Source of the DNA: Candidatus Methylomirabilota bacterium
Lineage (GTDB): Bacteria; Methylomirabilota; Methylomirabilia; Rokubacteriales; CSP1-6
Length of the DNA: 31,519 bases
Assembly (NCBI GenBank): GCA_046726415.1
Contig: JBKPAK010000326.1
Coordinates: 1 to 31,519, forward strand
Direction: 5' to 3'
Of this stretch, positions 27,328 through 31,519 are shown in pieces. The position numbers and the translations under genes were made by a program. The notes below the pieces were generated by a model. It did no database searches, had not been told where the DNA came from, and worked only from the letters and a program-made list of their open reading frames with translations. The stretch's first letter is position 1. Each line of letters starts with the position of its first letter.

Positions 27328-27900
27328 TTAATTGCAGACGCGCATCACGGCCTGCCGGTCACTTGCTGTAACGCGATAGCCCTGCTTTTCCGAGGGGGTG
27401 ACCACGACGACCTCGAAGTCCGTAACCGGCAAGTCAGCGAAGACGTACTCGGGAAATCGCGTGCGGAGTTCCGGCACGATGCCGTGTGAAGGTACGCTGC
27501 CAATGACGAATCGCCCGGAGCGCATGGAGGAGGGCTTCACCTCGCGTCCTCGGCTTCGGATCGACAGGCTCGTCACCGAGAGCGGACGCCAATCGTTACG
27601 CTTGCGCTGCAGCCAGACGCGATAGCCGGGCTCCATCGCGCGGCGGACGTGAGCCGAATCGAGTGGCTGCTGCATCATGATCGCGGTTGCCGTCACGAGG
27701 GCAGCGCGCCCCTGCGGTGATTCGATGAAGATCTCGAAGTCTCCGTCGTGATTGGTCACGCGCGCGATCGGCGCGAGGCACTGCTGACCGAGCGCCAGTG
27801 CGCCCTTCAGCTCGTCTGGTGTCAGGGATGCCTGAGCAGAGGCGGCCTGTGTGCTGGCAAGGATTGCAGCTATCGTGGCTACGCCGTTCAGAACGTGCAC
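27328..27900 (-). CDS. Secreted hypothetical protein (190 aa)
   Basis: Signal-like N-terminus (VATIAAILASTQAASA). Fills the gap between two co-oriented genes. Confidence 0.6.
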   Translation of the reverse strand: MHVLNGVATIAAILASTQAASAQASLTPDELKGALALGQQCLAPIARVTNHDGDFEIFIESPQGRAALVTATAIMMQQPLDSAHVRRAMEPGYRVWLQRKRNDWRPLSVTSLSIRSRGREVKPSSMRSGRFVIGSVPSHGIVPELRTRFPEYVFADLPVTDFEVVVVTPSEKQGYRVTASDRQAVMRVCN

Positions 27901-27942
27901 GTTGGGTTAGACAGCCAACCGCTGCAATTGTTCCTCAGATCC

Positions 27943-29864
<1,922 letters not shown>

Positions 29865-29888
29865 CAACGAAACATCGTGAGTGTTCGG

Positions 29889-30012
29889 CTACTCCGCGCG
29901 CAACGCCTGCAGCACGTCGACGCGTGAGGCGCGGGCGGCGGGCAAGAGTGTCGCGATGAAAGCCGCTATGGCGAGCACCGCCGCGGCGCCCAGGACCGTG
30001 AGCAGTCCCGGC
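29889..30012 (-). pseudogene. C-terminal fragment of FtsX/ADOP-type ABC permease
   Basis: PGLLTVLGAAAVLAIAAFIATLLPAARASRVDVLQALRAE*; cut off at direct repeat copy 2. Confidence 0.8.
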
Positions 30013-30130
30013 GCTGTGGCAGCGGGCGCTCCTGGGGCGGCCAGCGTCCGAGTCTGGCAGACTACGTCACGGTGATCGAGGCCAGGGACCGGGCGACCGC
30101 CGCCAGACGGCCTTAATGTCGACTATCCTC
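30013..30130 (+). repeat. 118-bp direct repeat, copy 2
   Basis: Matches 22874-22991 at 115 of 118 positions. Confidence 0.95.
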
Positions 30131-30165
30131 TGCCTGCTCCGTCGCGCCTGGCGATCGATCAGCCG

Positions 30166-30485
30166 GTGATGTCGGATCTTGAGCTCACGCCGATCCTCGC
30201 CATGCCGCTCGACGAGTTCGCCAGTCACGGAAAACTCCTGGAGGTTCGGGTTTCGTGGCTCAACGTGACGCTGTGGTTCGTACCCGAGAGCGGGATGCGG
30301 AGTCGCTCGTCCGTGACGGCGTGGGCCGGGGGCGGATGTGGACGGCGGCGGAACTGATGGACGTCATGACGATCAGCGAGCGGACGAGCGAGGAGCCGCA
30401 GGCGATCGCGTTGGCGAAGCTGGCGTTCGACGGAGACATCGCTGAGGTAGTCCAACAGTCCTGGGGCGGAGACGCTGGGGAGTAA
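30166..30485 (+). pseudogene. Hypothetical protein fragment with frameshift near 30288
   Basis: Two ORFs join into ILAMPLDEFASHGKLLEVRVSWLNVTLWFVPE / RDAESLVRDGVGRGRMWTAAELMDVM..AIALAKLAFDGDIAEV. Confidence 0.5.
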
Positions 30486-31174
30486 CAGAGACGCTCGAAT
30501 GCGCCAATGAACGTACTCTCACGTAGCGATGTGGGGTCCGAGCCGAAGGGTGAGCGCATCGTGGATGGGCCCTACGAGGTCTCAGCGCGGCCCGTGGCGG
30601 TCCGGCATTACCGAGTTGAAGGACACGCCGGACGATGGGGAGCAGGCCGTGGATATCAAGGTTGGTGAGGGGCGCCTCTCGTCCTCCGCCCTAATCATCC
30701 CGCTGACGGTGTGCAGGTCATGTGGTGCGCCGGCGACCACGGGGAGTGCGTGGGCGCGTTGCGAACGCGCATGGAACAGATCGACAGAGAAGGAACTCCG
30801 ATGACGGGGCTGCGGCGATGGGTGGCGACCCCAGAGCCTTTACGAGCATTCTCCCTCGCTTCGTATCTCGCGGCCCTCTTCCGCCGCAAACGTCGGCTAT
30901 TACCGGCTCATCGTCTTCCTGGTGACCACCACACCGTTCGCTCAATCCGGGAAGAGAGTTACTGCAGATGAGACGGCTGAATGGCTGCGGAGCGCTTTAA
31001 GAGGCTACCGGCTTCGCTCCGCGGGATTGTGTTAACCGGCGAGACCGCTTGCATCGCATTGATCTATGAATTCGAGCGTGCCAGTGAAGCCGACATGGTC
31101 GTGATACGTCTTCCTGGGATGATTCAAGGTCGAGACCATCTTGTTAAAGCAGGCATCTGGCGTTCGTTGCAGGA

Positions 31175-31519
31175 ATGACTTCAGCTGCCTTCTCACGTAA
31201 GGTGATCGCTACTCTATGGTTTATTGGTGCGCTTTTGCTATTCAGCATCTTGATTGTGCAGTCGCTCTTTGGCAAGTACGGCTCACGCACCGAGGAAGCA
31301 TGGGGATGGTTCCTGCCTACGGTAATGCCGACTCTATCGCTAATAGTTGGCGTGTTGGTTTCTGAGGCGACTGGGAGGAACAGGTCTTCGAAGAGTGGCG
31401 AGGTCGCGACTTTCATGTTCTTGCTTGCGATTGGATTGTCGGCTCTCTATTTGATGCTCGTTGTTCTTGTGCTCCTGCTACAGCCCTTTACCGGCCTATC
31501 CCCCATCGAAGTAATGAAG
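31175..31519 (+). CDS. Multi-pass membrane hypothetical protein; runs off the window
   Basis: Not in the ORF track because it has no stop. MTSAAFSRKVIATLWFIGALLLFSILIVQSLFGKYGSRTEEAWGWFLPTVMPTLSLIVGVLV...LAIGLSALYLMLVVLVLLLQPFTGLSPIEVMK shows three TM segments. Lower GC than the rest of the window. Confidence 0.75.
   Translation, partial: MTSAAFSRKVIATLWFIGALLLFSILIVQSLFGKYGSRTEEAWGWFLPTVMPTLSLIVGVLVSEATGRNRSSKSGEVATFMFLLAIGLSALYLMLVVLVLLLQPFTGLSPIEVMK

Noticed and set aside
30986..31022. GCGGAGCG/CGCTCCGC hairpin followed by GTTAACC as a second attC
   Set aside because: No properly spaced RYYYAAC on the left arm and no extrahelical-base pattern.
30529..31178. Several short ORFs (30529-30804, 30711-30971, 30981-31178)
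   Set aside because: No recognisable motifs, conflicting frames and weak starts; cannot be supported.

Overview
GC-rich bacterial accessory region with four parts. (1) 1-8.7 kb is largely decayed mobile DNA: a solo integron attC site, a VOC gene, a patatin gene, decayed IS481-like, IS5 and IS1380 transposases and several orphan gene fragments. It also holds an intact IS110/IS1111-type element whose 3' non-coding region has guide-like matches to both of its own junctions (candidate bridge RNA). (2) 8.8-20.7 kb is an uncharacterised co-oriented four-gene cluster of exported proteins: two ~1130-aa paralogues with Tat leaders, a hydrophobic helical core and an NHL-like C-terminus; a 1411-aa YWTD-propeller/pentapeptide/NHL/SH3 mosaic; and a 128-aa secreted protein. 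This is the best candidate for an undescribed system. (3) 21.0-23.0 kb holds a frameshifted, unclassified mobile-element-like gene (YDK..RxE motif plus winged helix) with a terminal hairpin. (4) 23.0-30.0 kb is a 7-kb cargo block (ECF sigma/anti-sigma, DUF1059, MOSC, amidohydrolase, PQQ-type propeller). It has truncated genes at both edges and is flanked by 118-bp direct repeats. Many single-base frameshifts sit in short G/C runs, so some pseudogene calls may be sequencing errors. No rRNA, tRNA or CRISPR array was seen. Family calls come from motif recognition by eye, not database searches.
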